Source of the DNA: an uncultured Gammaproteobacteria bacterium
GTDB taxonomy: Bacteria > Pseudomonadota > Gammaproteobacteria > JAAEPA01
DNA: 64,000 nt
Direction: 5' to 3'
NCBI GenBank assembly: GCA_963731655.1
Contig: CAVSWL010000006.1
Coordinates: 39,792-103,791 of the forward strand
The position numbers were made by a program, and so were the translations under genes. Numbering within the stretch: the first letter of the stretch is position 1; every line of letters begins with the position of its first letter. The notes under the pieces are model-generated. The model did not search any database and was not told the DNA's origin. It was given only the letters and a program-made list of their open reading frames with translations. Below, piece by piece: positions 1-10,730 of this stretch.

Positions 1-58
1 TCATTATTGTCGTGTACTATTCAATGGAAATTTGCAACAAACTCGGCAATAGTTTGCA

Positions 59-2461
59 TCACTGAGCTTCCAGCCGCGCCAGGTTATCCAAGTCTTGCTT
101 GCGTTGCGCGACACGCCGCTCGTAACGGGCCTGATTCTTGGTACAGACCAGGATGTAGGGGCGACTGCTGCGGTCTGTTGTACAATCCACCTCACAATGA
201 TCGCGCCAAATGGAGTGTTCGACATGCTGGCGTTTCGCTTCCGCCCCCTTAAAGCGCCACTTAGCCTGTCCCGGATCGGCGAGGAAGCCGCTCAGTTCGG
301 TGCAATAGGCGCAATTGCAGCTAATTTGACTGTCCCGTTGCCAGTCGGCTGGCGGTTCCAGAACTTCACCAACCCGTGCGCCCAGGTGCGCTTGGACAGT
401 GGCGCGCAGACGTTCCACCGCAGGCAGCGAATGGCTCGCCGGCAGTTCGCTCAGCCGCACGCCGGCAGGCACCAGCACGGTATCCATGTCATAGGTACCA
501 GGGTAGGACAGCAGATATTGCAACGCGCGTTCGGCCAGGGCGGTGTCGATAGCGCTGAGGGCTGTCATCAAGTCAATCACCAGACCCACGTCTACCTTGG
601 ACCGTTCCCAGGGCTCGAGCTGAGAAGGACGCGCCGGATCGCCGGGCAGGACGTCGAGCAGGGTCTGAGCCGCCCGGCTAAGCTCGCTTGCATCCCCCTG
701 TCCGGCAGCGCTCAGACGGGCCAGCAGTGCGGCGCAAGCGCCCGCCGCCACTTCAGCACTGGAATTCATCAGATTCTCCAGAAGAGCCACCACGCGCGGC
801 CACGGCAGCAGTTCCGCGGCCTGCACCAGGGCAGCGCTATCTTCCTTATCTCGGAAGCCGGTCTGGACAACCGCTGCCCAAAAGGCGTCGATGCGTTCGC
901 TGTCGCGCAAGCGGTACAAATAGCCGAGAAATTCGCAGGCGCTGCTTTCAGGCTTTTTAATAGAGCGTCCGCGACCGTATGTCGACGGCCAGTCACGCAG
1001 CATATAAGCGGCAAGGGCATGTGCGTCGCGCCATAGAGGGGCGTCGAAATCTCTGCCCTCGGCTTCCCAGCGTTGACAAAGTTCGCCCAATAAAGGCAGG
1101 GTGGTATCGAGGCCCGCCTGGTTCAGAATCGCAAGCCGCCGCGCACGGGGCCAGATCACCATGGCCGCACGGCTGTAGGTACGGTCAAACGACGCCCCTT
1201 CATTGCCCGTTGCCTCGTGAAATTTCACATCATCAGGCTCCATGTCCTTGAAAGCATTAGGCGGACAGAGTTCATCCTCGCTGAAAGGCAAGGCCGCCAA
1301 AGTCGGCCGGCTGCCGTCCGGCCGGCGCCATTCCGAGACGGTTTCGCTGCGGTCGTAGACTTCGACAATCTCGAAGTCGTCATCCTCGTCATCCTCGTCA
1401 TCCCAATATCTTCTGCGCCCGCGCCCGCCGTAATAGGTATGTTCGGCGCCGCCGCTTTCTTCGATCGCAACCAGGGCCAGATAGATCTCACAGTCGGCCT
1501 GCTCCGCCGCCGCCACGAGTACCTCGGCCACCGCAGCATCGGCGTTTTTCAGCGTATCGAAACCGAGTTCCGCCGGGGTGTAGGCATGCTCCAAAAGGTA
1601 TAGGAGCTTTTCCGGCGCACCGTCATCGGCCTCCGTGCTCAAGCCATCCGCCCAGTTCCGCAGCAGGGCCGCCACCTGCGTCTGCTCGTCGCGGTAGTCA
1701 GGCGGCTTGGGCAGCGCCGCTTGCTTGGCCGGGCGCAGCAAGTTATACACGAGTGTCAAGCGGCAACCGGAAGTAACGGGCCGCACCTCATGCACACAGT
1801 CGGCATAGAAAGCTGCAAAGGCGATTTCGGCGGGATCTTCCCGGCATAGATCGAGCATCACTTCCCGATCCTGGTGCCGCACCACCAGTTCGCCACCGCT
1901 GTAGTTCGAGGGCAACACGATAACCAAGGTCGCGAACATACCGGCCGCCTTTTCCGTGTCGCGGTGATGGACGAAAAAACTGCCTTCGTCGTATACCAGC
2001 AACTTATAGAGTTCGGCCTTGACCTTGCCGCGCACCCCCAGCGCCGTGACAACCTGCTCGACGAGAGCGTCGAGATCACTCTGCCAATGCTTACCGCTGA
2101 TCACAACTCGCCCGGCGTCAACCTGCCAGGTGCGCCGCACCTCGATATCCACCACGGTTTCTTCTCCACGTCCATAGGGCGCACGTTCCGCGGCTGCGAC
2201 AATCTGTTCGGCCTGCGCCGGTAAAAGCGGCAAGGCAACACGCCCGACACCCTCGATTTCCAGCCGCGGCGCGAATATCTCCGCCGTGCCGGTGGCATAG
2301 AAATCACCGGGACGTTGGACATTGTGCAGGATTTTTATCAAATCGTTGTTAATCGATGGCATTGCCTGGTTTCCTCCGGGATTGAAGTGGGTTTTCTCTG
2401 GGATGAACACTAAGCTGCCATGCTTTTTCAGTCCGTTCAAGCCTAGGCTTCGCGCGGGCAT
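59..2461 (-). CDS. Large (800 aa) hypothetical protein: N-terminal 2OG-Fe(II) oxygenase/prolyl-hydroxylase-like domain, acidic DEDDEDDD linker, Cys/His-rich C-terminal region
   Basis: Long ORF in the same orientation as its neighbour. HxD...H arrangement (VHHRDTEK ... CVHEV) with surrounding beta-strand-like sequence typical of the 2OG oxygenase jelly-roll. Poly-acidic stretch DDEDDEDDD. C-terminus has CNCAYC ... HVEHS ... CEVDC metal-binding-like motifs. Confidence 0.5.
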   Translation of the reverse strand: MPARSLGLNGLKKHGSLVFIPEKTHFNPGGNQAMPSINNDLIKILHNVQRPGDFYATGTAEIFAPRLEIEGVGRVALPLLPAQAEQIVAAAERAPYGRGEETVVDIEVRRTWQVDAGRVVISGKHWQSDLDALVEQVVTALGVRGKVKAELYKLLVYDEGSFFVHHRDTEKAAGMFATLVIVLPSNYSGGELVVRHQDREVMLDLCREDPAEIAFAAFYADCVHEVRPVTSGCRLTLVYNLLRPAKQAALPKPPDYRDEQTQVAALLRNWADGLSTEADDGAPEKLLYLLEHAYTPAELGFDTLKNADAAVAEVLVAAAEQADCEIYLALVAIEESGGAEHTYYGGRGRRRYWDDEDDEDDDFEIVEVYDRSETVSEWRRPDGSRPTLAALPFSEDELCPPNAFKDMEPDDVKFHEATGNEGASFDRTYSRAAMVIWPRARRLAILNQAGLDTTLPLLGELCQRWEAEGRDFDAPLWRDAHALAAYMLRDWPSTYGRGRSIKKPESSACEFLGYLYRLRDSERIDAFWAAVVQTGFRDKEDSAALVQAAELLPWPRVVALLENLMNSSAEVAAGACAALLARLSAAGQGDASELSRAAQTLLDVLPGDPARPSQLEPWERSKVDVGLVIDLMTALSAIDTALAERALQYLLSYPGTYDMDTVLVPAGVRLSELPASHSLPAVERLRATVQAHLGARVGEVLEPPADWQRDSQISCNCAYCTELSGFLADPGQAKWRFKGAEAKRQHVEHSIWRDHCEVDCTTDRSSRPYILVCTKNQARYERRVAQRKQDLDNLARLEAQ

Positions 2462-3178
2462 ACGCCGAAGATACTGTCAACGTATCATCCACGAAATGGC
2501 TTCACCGCGTAATCGGGTGTTTTCGCGGTGCTCAGATCGCTCTTTGGGCGCATGTGGCCCGGGGGGATGGATGTCGCGTATATTCCTCATCAATTAGCCG
2601 TATCAGTTCCAAGTTCTCCCTACTCTCCACATATTCCGCCTCTCGGTAATAACTCGCTCGCGCCAGTCCGACCCATCTTCCAAAGATTATCTTTAAAAAT
2701 AAATGACTTAGAATATTCGTACCCATTAACCGCTCTAATAAAATCAAAAATTTATTAGGAGTTGGGGGAAGATGGGTCGGGAGTGGGAACGGGGTTTTGG
2801 GGTGTGCGTGTAATATCAGGCTGTTGCGAACTGATCGAAAGAGCGCGCTGGAGCACATTGTAGTACACCTCATCCGGGATCAGCTATGAGGTCACTGAGG
2901 ACCTAAACGCTTGTCAGGCCTCTTCTTGCAAAATCGGGGGAGTCCATACAAGCCGCTGATTTTGGCCCGGATGGCCAAAATCAGTACGGCATTTGCGAAA
3001 GCGTTTAGCGTCGAAACTCAACTGGGTCTGCAAGGCGTCAACCCCCGGCCTTGGATTCCGGCATCAGAGAAGGAGCGCATGCGGCGCGAATCTTCCCGGT
3101 AACGCGTCGTTTCACCCGCCGCTACGGCCTCTTTTTGCAGCCGTCGCCTAGGGTGAAACCCCGGGTGCGCCGGCTTTC

Positions 3179-4690
3179 CTACGCATTGCTCTTCTTGGCT
3201 TTGGCGGCGCGGCGTGACTTTGGCTTCCCGGAAATATCCAGCTGGAACTTCACCGGACCACGGTAGGTCTTGCCGTCCTTGCCCTGAAACTCGCCGTTGA
3301 CCGGTGCGCGCTTGTTGTACGGGCTACTCAGGATCGCCACGTGACCGGCGGGAAAGGGTACGGACTCGACGACGCCGGTGCCTTCCAGGTGCTTGTTCGC
3401 GCCCGTGGCGCACTTGGGCGTCACCAGGTCATCCTTGAGCGCATAGTCTTGATACCAGTACATATTCATCTCGGCAAGCTTCTTGACGTTGAGCGTTTCG
3501 CCGAAGAGCTTCACGGGTAGATCGCCGTTGTCCGCGATCGGCTCCTGGAAGGTCAGGGAGCTCATGTTGTGAATGTCGAACGGCAGGTGCACCCGCTCCT
3601 TGAGCAGCCAACGGAACAGGGCGGCGGTGGTCTTGCCCGGGTTCAGGTTGGTCGCTTTGTGGAGCGACGCCTGATTCAATACCTTAATCAGAGGCGTTTC
3701 CCTGTCGATTGCCACGAAACGCATGCCGAGGCTGAGCAAGAAGCCGTTGGCGACCTTGTTGCCATTGGGCAGGGTTTCGGTGAGATAATCGTGGTGCATG
3801 ACCGGCATTCCGGCGACGCCCTCGCTGTAGGTGCCGTCGATAGGCGCCACGTTGGTGATCAGTGTGTCGCAGCTGTCTTGAAGTTTACCCGATAGCACAT
3901 TAATGAGGCTGATATAGCCGCCCTGGCAAGTGCCGTTCAGGGTTATCTTCTGGCCGTGCTTCTCGGCTACCTTGGCGCACAGCTCGGCGGTTTCCAGGCA
4001 GTCCCGCTCCGGCGTTGTGGTCTGCACCGCCTCGGTCGTCATGATGTCCTTGGTGATACGCACATAGGTCGGGATGCCCTCGTTCGCGAATGCGTGAGCG
4101 TAGCTCTTGTTTTCGAATGGGAGGAATCCGAGGATGTGCGCACCGAGCATATAGGGCGGTATCAGGAGCACGGGTTTGAGGTCGTCGCGCACCTTCACGC
4201 CTTCTTTGATCGGCAAGACCTGGTACAACAGGAAGGTGTCCGTCTCGTGGACCAGCTCGTAGTCCGAAGTATTGAACTGGAAGCCGAATTCGTCCTTGAT
4301 CTTCTCGATCTCCTCGTGGAAGCCGGCGACCGCCTCCATGATCTCGGCTTCGCGCTGCAGATAGCCGGAGATCTTCTCACCGTCCTGCTTCAGCACCGAG
4401 TTGAGAAAGGCCTGCATACCCTCACCGATTTGGTCCCAAACCGCGTCCCGCAATTTTTCGCTGGTCGCGGCCATTCCCTTTTCCATCAACTTGCTCTTGT
4501 GGACCAGCACCTCCATGGTCTCTTCCAGGCTCATCGGATTGGTGAGCGATGCCTGCATGGCAATCTGGGCGGCCAGAAGGTAGCTTTCGCCCATCTCCGT
4601 GAACTCATGGGTAGACGCCCGCGTAAGGGCAACGCAGTAGCGCATCAAATTAGCGTTTGCTTTGGTAATGTCTTGCATGATCTCCAACAT
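3179..4690 (-). CDS. PHA synthase-like alpha/beta hydrolase (class III PhaC-like core with ~130 aa N-terminal extension)
   Basis: Lipase box GTCQGG (G-x-C-x-G-G). Conserved Asp motif KDDLVTP (cf. GDHLVPP of class III PhaC). C-terminal PAGHVAILS (cf. PGGHIGIY). Region LLYQVL...PVLLIPPYM aligns to the PhaC N-terminal strand. No phaE or phasin gene adjacent. Confidence 0.6.
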   Translation of the reverse strand: MLEIMQDITKANANLMRYCVALTRASTHEFTEMGESYLLAAQIAMQASLTNPMSLEETMEVLVHKSKLMEKGMAATSEKLRDAVWDQIGEGMQAFLNSVLKQDGEKISGYLQREAEIMEAVAGFHEEIEKIKDEFGFQFNTSDYELVHETDTFLLYQVLPIKEGVKVRDDLKPVLLIPPYMLGAHILGFLPFENKSYAHAFANEGIPTYVRITKDIMTTEAVQTTTPERDCLETAELCAKVAEKHGQKITLNGTCQGGYISLINVLSGKLQDSCDTLITNVAPIDGTYSEGVAGMPVMHHDYLTETLPNGNKVANGFLLSLGMRFVAIDRETPLIKVLNQASLHKATNLNPGKTTAALFRWLLKERVHLPFDIHNMSSLTFQEPIADNGDLPVKLFGETLNVKKLAEMNMYWYQDYALKDDLVTPKCATGANKHLEGTGVVESVPFPAGHVAILSSPYNKRAPVNGEFQGKDGKTYRGPVKFQLDISGKPKSRRAAKAKKSNA

Positions 4691-5637
4691 GGTGGTCCTC
4701 CTCTTTTTGTTGTGGTGTGTTGCTCACCGATGATTGCGTAATTAGGCAAGCATCGGAAAGCGAACGTCGGTCATAAGGAGGTTCACCGCGCCTCGGATGC
4801 GCAATACCGAGTATTCGAACTCGGGACGCATGTCGACCGCGCAGACAAGGCACGTGCACGTACCGATGCTAGGCTCTGAGAGAGCGTCATGAACCTTCCT
4901 CCAATGGTGTCGGGGCTGATCGTTGGGTGTTGTTTCCGTGCGATCGTGACCCGTGTCGCGGCGTGTTTCTGACACCTCGCTCGTTGTGTTGTACCCCGCC
5001 GTCAGGGCAGGAATGAATTTAGAATGCGGCTGCCTCGATCTCCAGATAAGCGCGGTTCAAATTGCGCCTGATTTCCTCATCGAAGCCGGCCAGTCGGACC
5101 AGCGCGCGCCGGCCGCAACCACCTGGTCCTTCATCTCGAATTCGCTGATGCCGGCATCAAAGAGTTTGGCAACCGTCGTGTACAGCGCATTGTATCGTAA
5201 ATAAGAAATATTAAAGACCTTTTTTATGAACCGGCAACGTACTGAAAGACCGCGGCGTTGTCAATCACAAAAGCCATCGGTGCGAACTCGAGGGTTTGTA
5301 GCCCTTGAAGGGGCTGTTTGCCAATCATTGTGACGAAATTCGAGGTGTCGAGCCGGTGGCGAGCGCGGGAGATTATCGGTTCTGGAGCTGATTCGGATTG
5401 AATTGGGGTGTCGGGCGGAATAAGGCTGTTTCGAAGAGATCGAGAGGCCGATCTGGGTGAATGACGGGACTCAGTAGTGTGTTCTGAATAGTCCGATCGG
5501 ATCCCAGTTTTTACACATTAGCCACAATCATCGGCATTTGAAGTAAAAACTTCGTGGCAATCGAGTGGTTATTCGTTGCGAGCTTTGGATTATCTGGTGC
5601 TTGAAAGCAGCGTACCTCGCTACCCACCAGCCACGCT

Positions 5638-7470
5638 TTAATTTTCCAATAACTCGTTTTCCAACATATCAGCTTCGTCTTCGAGGGCGCGTTGCTCCCG
5701 TTGCAGCATCCACAGATGAGCATATAAGCCTTGCTGGGCCAGGAGCTCCCGATGCGTGCCGTGTTCCACAATATGTCCCTGATCCATCACCAGGATCTGA
5801 TCGGCGTCGACAATCGTGGACAAGCGATGCGCGATCACCAGTGTGGTGGTCCGCTCGGAGACATTTTTAAGCGCGGCCAGAATGAACTTCTCGGAACGGG
5901 AATCCAAGCTGGAAGTGGCTTCATCAAAGATTAGAATACGTGGATTTTTGAGAATCACGCGGGCAATCGCCACACGCTGTTTTTCTCCTCCCGACAGTTT
6001 CAAACCGCGCTCACCGACCACGGTGTCATAACCTTGTGGAAGCGACTGGATATAATCATGAATATCGGCCAATCGAGCCGCCCGCTCGACTTGCGCAGAA
6101 TCCGCTTGAGGGTTGGCGTACTGGATGTTATAAAAAATCGATTCATTAAACAGCACGGTGTCTTGAGGCACGATACCAATAGCCTGCCGCAAACTTTCCT
6201 GAGAGCAGTCACGAATATCCTGGCCATCGATCAAGATCCTGCCCTCATCCACATCGTAGAAACGGAACAATAGGCGGGCTAACGTGGATTTTCCCGCGCC
6301 CGAGGGCCCAACAACCGCAAGCTTGCGTCCGGGAGGGATCTCGAAACTGAGATCATGCAGGATCTGGCGCTCAGCCTGGTAGGCAAAATTCACCTGCTCG
6401 AATCGCACCTGCGCTTGCTTCACGTCAAGCCTTGCCGCTCCCGGCCGGTCATTAATCTCGGGTTGCTGATCCAGCAATTTCCAGATCATATCCATATCCG
6501 CAAAGGCATAGTTGAGCGTACGGTAAATCACGCCCAAAAAATTTAGGGGCATAAACAATTGCAGCATCAGCGCATTGACCAATACCAAGTCTCCCAGGCT
6601 CAAGGTTTTGTTGATTACGCCTTGTGCGGCGAAAACCATGATCAGCGCGGTGCCTATGGCGATAATAAAACCCTGACCGAAATTGAGCAGCGACATCGTC
6701 GTTATGCTTTTTACAGCGGCATTTTCCCAGGCGTGCAACGTTTGATCATAGCGCTTGATCTCGAACCGTTCATTGTTAAAGTATTTTACGGTCTCGTAGT
6801 TCATAAGGCTGTCAATGGCCTGGCCATTGGCCTCGGAATCCAAGCGATTCATGGTGTGGCGAAAGTGCATGCGCCAGTTAGTCACGGTAAGGGTAAAAAA
6901 TACATAAATCACTACGGTGACACACGTGACTATGGCGAATCGTGCGGGATATTGTCCGAGCAATAACACGGCGACCAGCATAAATTCCGCCACCGTGGGT
7001 AATATATTGAACACCAGATAATTGAGGATCGAGCTGACACTGAGGGTTCCCCGCTCCAAGTCCCGGGCGATGCGCCCGGTGCGCCGATCCAGATGATAGC
7101 GCAGGGACAAATTATGCAGATGCTGTAATACCTTGGATGAAAGCGAGCGCATGGCGCTGAACCGCACCCGAGCAAACACGGCATCGCGCAACTCGTTAAA
7201 TAGTGTGGTGGTCATTCTGAGCAGGCCGTAGGCGATCAGCAGCGTCATGGGTAACAACACGGTTTGCCCTTTGCTGTGATCCAGAGCATCCACAATCTGC
7301 TTTAACACTAAGGGAACACCCACAGTGGCTAGCTTGGCGATGACCAGGCTCAAGAGCGCCATCAACACTCTGCCCCGATAACCCCACAGGTGGGGCAACA
7401 ATCGCTTGGCATTATGCCAATCGGCGCGCTGTCGGCTAGGGGCGTGGGTACGGGGATAGCGATAACTCAT
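5638..7470 (-). CDS. ABC exporter, fused permease/ATPase, Atm1/ABCB7-like
   Basis: Six-TM N-terminal half followed by an NBD with Walker A GPSGAGKST, signature LSGGEKQRVAIAR and Walker B ILIFDEATSSLD. N-terminus LLPHLWGYRGRVLMALLSLVIAKLATVGVPLVLKQIVD resembles bacterial Atm1-type exporters. Confidence 0.85.
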   Translation of the reverse strand: MSYRYPRTHAPSRQRADWHNAKRLLPHLWGYRGRVLMALLSLVIAKLATVGVPLVLKQIVDALDHSKGQTVLLPMTLLIAYGLLRMTTTLFNELRDAVFARVRFSAMRSLSSKVLQHLHNLSLRYHLDRRTGRIARDLERGTLSVSSILNYLVFNILPTVAEFMLVAVLLLGQYPARFAIVTCVTVVIYVFFTLTVTNWRMHFRHTMNRLDSEANGQAIDSLMNYETVKYFNNERFEIKRYDQTLHAWENAAVKSITTMSLLNFGQGFIIAIGTALIMVFAAQGVINKTLSLGDLVLVNALMLQLFMPLNFLGVIYRTLNYAFADMDMIWKLLDQQPEINDRPGAARLDVKQAQVRFEQVNFAYQAERQILHDLSFEIPPGRKLAVVGPSGAGKSTLARLLFRFYDVDEGRILIDGQDIRDCSQESLRQAIGIVPQDTVLFNESIFYNIQYANPQADSAQVERAARLADIHDYIQSLPQGYDTVVGERGLKLSGGEKQRVAIARVILKNPRILIFDEATSSLDSRSEKFILAALKNVSERTTTLVIAHRLSTIVDADQILVMDQGHIVEHGTHRELLAQQGLYAHLWMLQREQRALEDEADMLENELLEN

Positions 7471-7895
7471 TTGTCAAGCTGATCAAGGATTCGATATTTA
7501 GGATTTTCAAGGTTGAGTTAATCGGGCATTCGGTAATCAGGTGAAACACCGACAGACTGTCTTACAGCTTTTGGATACGGGTTGCAAATCGAAACCTAAA
7601 GCGGTATTAACAATCGGCCTAGTTTAGCGGGCTTTGACTGAACGGTGAAAGTCATATTATGTGGCCTCGATTTTCCCCCGGAAGTCAGTCTGAGTTGAGA
7701 TCTTAGAGGTTCTGGCTTGAAACTGACGAAAAAAGCATTGATTTCACCTAAGATCTTGTGAACCCCGGGCAACTAGACCACACTAACTCATAAATTATTC
7801 GGGCGATGCGAGCGCGAAAGGATAGCGAAACCCCAACAGGAAAATCCCGTCGAGGGAACACCGACAATTAAAACCAGACAAGCAAACCCAGTAGG

Positions 7896-8546
7896 ATGTC
7901 GAACCCAAGCCAATCCCAAGCCATGGAATATCGCCTTGAAGCGAGGGAACTCCTGTGCGTGCGCGATGACCGGGTACTGTTTCAGGATTTAACGTTCTCC
8001 GTTGCCGCCGGAGAAACCCTATTGCTCGAAGGGCGTAACGGCAGCGGCAAGACCTCACTGTTACGGATCCTGTGCAGTATCCGCCTGCCTGATGCCGGCT
8101 CTGTGGCGTGGTGCGGCACGGATATCCAGAAACTGGGGGCAGATTTTCATGAGCAGCTCACCTATGTCGGTCATCGCGATGGAATAAAACAAGATCTGAC
8201 ACCCGAGGAAAATCTGCGCATGGCGCATGCGCTCGGGCGGGCCAACTCGTCTAACAGTTATGCGGACGTATTAGAACGCTTCGGTCTGTACGGTTTCGAG
8301 GACATCCCCACTTATAATCTCTCGGCAGGACAGCAACGCCGCTTAGCCTTGGCACGACTGTTGATCACCGAGTCCCGCCTGTGGATTCTAGACGAACCCT
8401 TCACCTCGCTCGACCGCCACGGCATCCATTTATTTGAAGCCATTATGGACGAACATATCGCTTCCGGAGGCATGTTGGTGCTGACTACTCACCATAAAGT
8501 GAACCTGAACGCCGCCTCGGTACAGCGGATCGATCTATCCCGATGA
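7896..8546 (+). CDS. ccmA: Cytochrome c biogenesis heme exporter ATPase CcmA
   Basis: Walker A GRNGSGKTSLLRIL, ABC signature LSAGQQRRLALAR, about 210 aa, first gene of a ccm cluster. Confidence 0.9.
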   Translation: MSNPSQSQAMEYRLEARELLCVRDDRVLFQDLTFSVAAGETLLLEGRNGSGKTSLLRILCSIRLPDAGSVAWCGTDIQKLGADFHEQLTYVGHRDGIKQDLTPEENLRMAHALGRANSSNSYADVLERFGLYGFEDIPTYNLSAGQQRRLALARLLITESRLWILDEPFTSLDRHGIHLFEAIMDEHIASGGMLVLTTHHKVNLNAASVQRIDLSR

Positions 8547-8556
8547 GCGTTATTCG

Positions 8557-9240
8557 ATGAGTTCCAAATCCCTCACTCGAGCCTTCTTGTTGCTCCTCCG
8601 ACGAGATCTGATACTGGCACTGCGTCACCGATCCGAAATCGCCAATCCACTGCTGTTCTTCGTGCTCGTCACCACCCTCTTCCCACTGGGTATCGGCGCT
8701 AATCCCGAACTGCTGCGGAGCGTGGCCCCCGGTGTAATCTGGGTGGGCGCCCTATTAGCCTCGCTGCTGGCTTTGGATGGCATGTTTCGCTCGGATTTCG
8801 AGGATGGAACCTTGGAGCAGTTTTTACTCAGCGCACATCCGGTATCCCTGCTTGTGATCGCTAAGGTACTGGCCCACTGGTTGGTCACCGGTCTGCCCCT
8901 GCTGGCCATTGCTCCCCTATTGGGAGTATTCCTCATGTTGCCGGGTCAGTCCATTCTAGTGCTGATTCTGACATTAGCGTTGGGCACACCGATTCTCAGT
9001 CTGATCGGAGCCGTGGGCGTCGCCCTCACGGTGGGGTTACGCCGGGGAGGGATCATTCTTTCTTTGCTGGTTTTGCCCCTGTACGTTCCGGTGTTAATAT
9101 TCGCCTCCAATGCAGTGGAAACGGCGGCGGCCGGTATTCCGGTAACCGCGCAAATTTCCATCTTGGGCGCTATGTTGGCGCTCGCCCTGAGCCTCGCGCC
9201 TGTGGCGACGGCGGCCTCTTTGCGCATCAGTCTAAGTTGA
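8557..9240 (+). CDS. ccmB: Heme exporter permease CcmB
   Basis: About 227 aa polytopic membrane protein immediately after ccmA, with the typical CcmB hydrophobic pattern. Confidence 0.9.
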   Translation: MSSKSLTRAFLLLLRRDLILALRHRSEIANPLLFFVLVTTLFPLGIGANPELLRSVAPGVIWVGALLASLLALDGMFRSDFEDGTLEQFLLSAHPVSLLVIAKVLAHWLVTGLPLLAIAPLLGVFLMLPGQSILVLILTLALGTPILSLIGAVGVALTVGLRRGGIILSLLVLPLYVPVLIFASNAVETAAAGIPVTAQISILGAMLALALSLAPVATAASLRISLS

Positions 9241-9983
9241 TTATGATCATTCGATTCTTCCATCAATTATCGTCACCGCGGTATTTCTATACCCTGGCCG
9301 GCCGCTTCGCGGTCTGGCTCGGCGTCGCCTGCGCGTTGTTGCTAGTCGCCGGGCTCTACTTGGGACTCGTAGTCGCTCCCCCAGATTATCAACAAGGGGA
9401 GAGCTACCGGATTATTTTCATTCATGTTCCCGCCGCCTGGATGTCGTTGTTCATTTATGTGGTGATGGCCATCAGCGCCGCGATCGGCCTGATCTGGCGC
9501 ATTAAACTGGCGGAGGTTATTGCGATCAGCAGCGCACCCATCGGCGCCTCATTTACCTTTCTGGCCCTGGTGACCGGTTCGTTGTGGGGCAAGCCCATGT
9601 GGGGCACTTGGTGGGTCTGGGATGGCCGGCTCACCTCCGAGCTGTTGCTGTTGTTTCTCTATCTGGGCGTGATTGCGTTGCACAATGCGGTCGAGGATAA
9701 ACGCACCGCCGCCCGCGCCGTGGCCATCCTGGCGATCGTCGGTGTAGTTAACATCCCCATTATCCATTACTCTGTGGAGTGGTGGAATACGCTGCACCAG
9801 GGTCCCACCGTCACCAAGTTCGGCGCACCTTCCATCCATTGGACCATGCTCGTGCCGCTGCTGATCATGGCCGTGGCATTCAAGCTGTACTACGCAACCG
9901 TGGTGCTGATGCGTTCGCGTTGCGAAGTGCTTGAACGTGAACGGAATAGCCGCTGGGTCAGGGAACTCCCGGAGGTGCAATGA
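9237..9983 (+). CDS. ccmC: Heme exporter protein CcmC
   Basis: WWD domain WGKPMWGTWWVWDGRLTSE. Overlaps the ccmB stop. Confidence 0.9.
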   Translation: MIMIIRFFHQLSSPRYFYTLAGRFAVWLGVACALLLVAGLYLGLVVAPPDYQQGESYRIIFIHVPAAWMSLFIYVVMAISAAIGLIWRIKLAEVIAISSAPIGASFTFLALVTGSLWGKPMWGTWWVWDGRLTSELLLLFLYLGVIALHNAVEDKRTAARAVAILAIVGVVNIPIIHYSVEWWNTLHQGPTVTKFGAPSIHWTMLVPLLIMAVAFKLYYATVVLMRSRCEVLERERNSRWVRELPEVQ

Positions 9984-10204
9984 GTCTTACAGAATTTCTG
10001 CACATGGGGGGCTACGCCTTCTATGTTTGGACATCCTACGGTCTCGCCCTGGTGGTGCTGATGGCTAATCTGGTGGCACCGATGCGGCATCGTAGTAAAT
10101 TGCTCGCGGATTTTGCGCGCAAACATCGCCGGGAACGCCGCTCAGCCGAACTTGCGAAAGAAAACGACGACGGCTCTCAACAGCAAAACGATAAACCGGA
10201 TTAA
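9980..10204 (+). CDS. ccmD: Heme exporter protein CcmD
   Basis: Small single-TM protein overlapping the ccmC stop, with the canonical ccm position. Confidence 0.8.
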   Translation: MSLTEFLHMGGYAFYVWTSYGLALVVLMANLVAPMRHRSKLLADFARKHRRERRSAELAKENDDGSQQQNDKPD

Positions 10205-10262
10205 ATTAATAATACTAACCCGAGCTTCCGGGTTAACGAATGCCAGAGGAACAAAGCGATAA

Positions 10263-10730
10263 ATGACACCCGCTCGGAAAAAACGTCTAGTGCTCGTGGT
10301 GTTAATGGTCGTGGGCGTCGCCATTGCAACCGCACTAGCGATCAACGCCTTCAACAAAAATCTCATGTTTTATTACCCCCCCAGCGAAGTGGTAGCGGGT
10401 AAGGCGCCTCCCGATCATCCGTTCCGAATGGGTGGATTGGTCACCCCCGGTAGCGTGAAGCGGCTCGCCGATGGCCTCACCGTTGAGTTCGACTTGAACG
10501 ATACGATTAAATCCGTAAAAGTCGTGTATACAGGAATCCTTCCGGATTTATTTCGAGAAGGACAAGGAATTATCGCCATGGGGCGATTGCGCGGCGACGG
10601 CGTCTTCGCGGCCGAGGAAGTGCTCGCCAAGCACGATGAGAACTATATGCCGCCGGAAGTGGCCAACACCTTAAAAGACGCTCAACAGAAGAAATCTCAT
10701 GCCAGTTCACCAGGAGTTCAACAACCATGA
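10263..10730 (+). CDS. ccmE: Cytochrome c-type biogenesis heme chaperone CcmE
   Basis: N-terminal membrane anchor, OB-fold region, and heme-binding HxxxY motif (KHDENY) near the C-terminus. Confidence 0.9.
   Translation: MTPARKKRLVLVVLMVVGVAIATALAINAFNKNLMFYYPPSEVVAGKAPPDHPFRMGGLVTPGSVKRLADGLTVEFDLNDTIKSVKVVYTGILPDLFREGQGIIAMGRLRGDGVFAAEEVLAKHDENYMPPEVANTLKDAQQKKSHASSPGVQQP

Noticed and set aside
95-1036. 313-aa plus-strand ORF and other antisense ORFs inside the 800-aa gene, PhaC-like gene (3956-4741), ftsH (21141-21963), GH100 (38221-38829), nifK (58635-59129) and the MCP gene (63326-63990)
   Set aside because: They overlap better-supported genes on the opposite strand and show no recognisable motifs and GC-driven amino-acid composition.
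5023-5230. Possible minus-strand gene remnant ending ...LAGFDEEIRRNLNRAYLEIEAAAF in the 950 bp gap between the PhaC-like gene and the ABC exporter
   Set aside because: No start codon, and no recognisable family. The Gly/Arg-rich composition upstream suggests a spurious frame.
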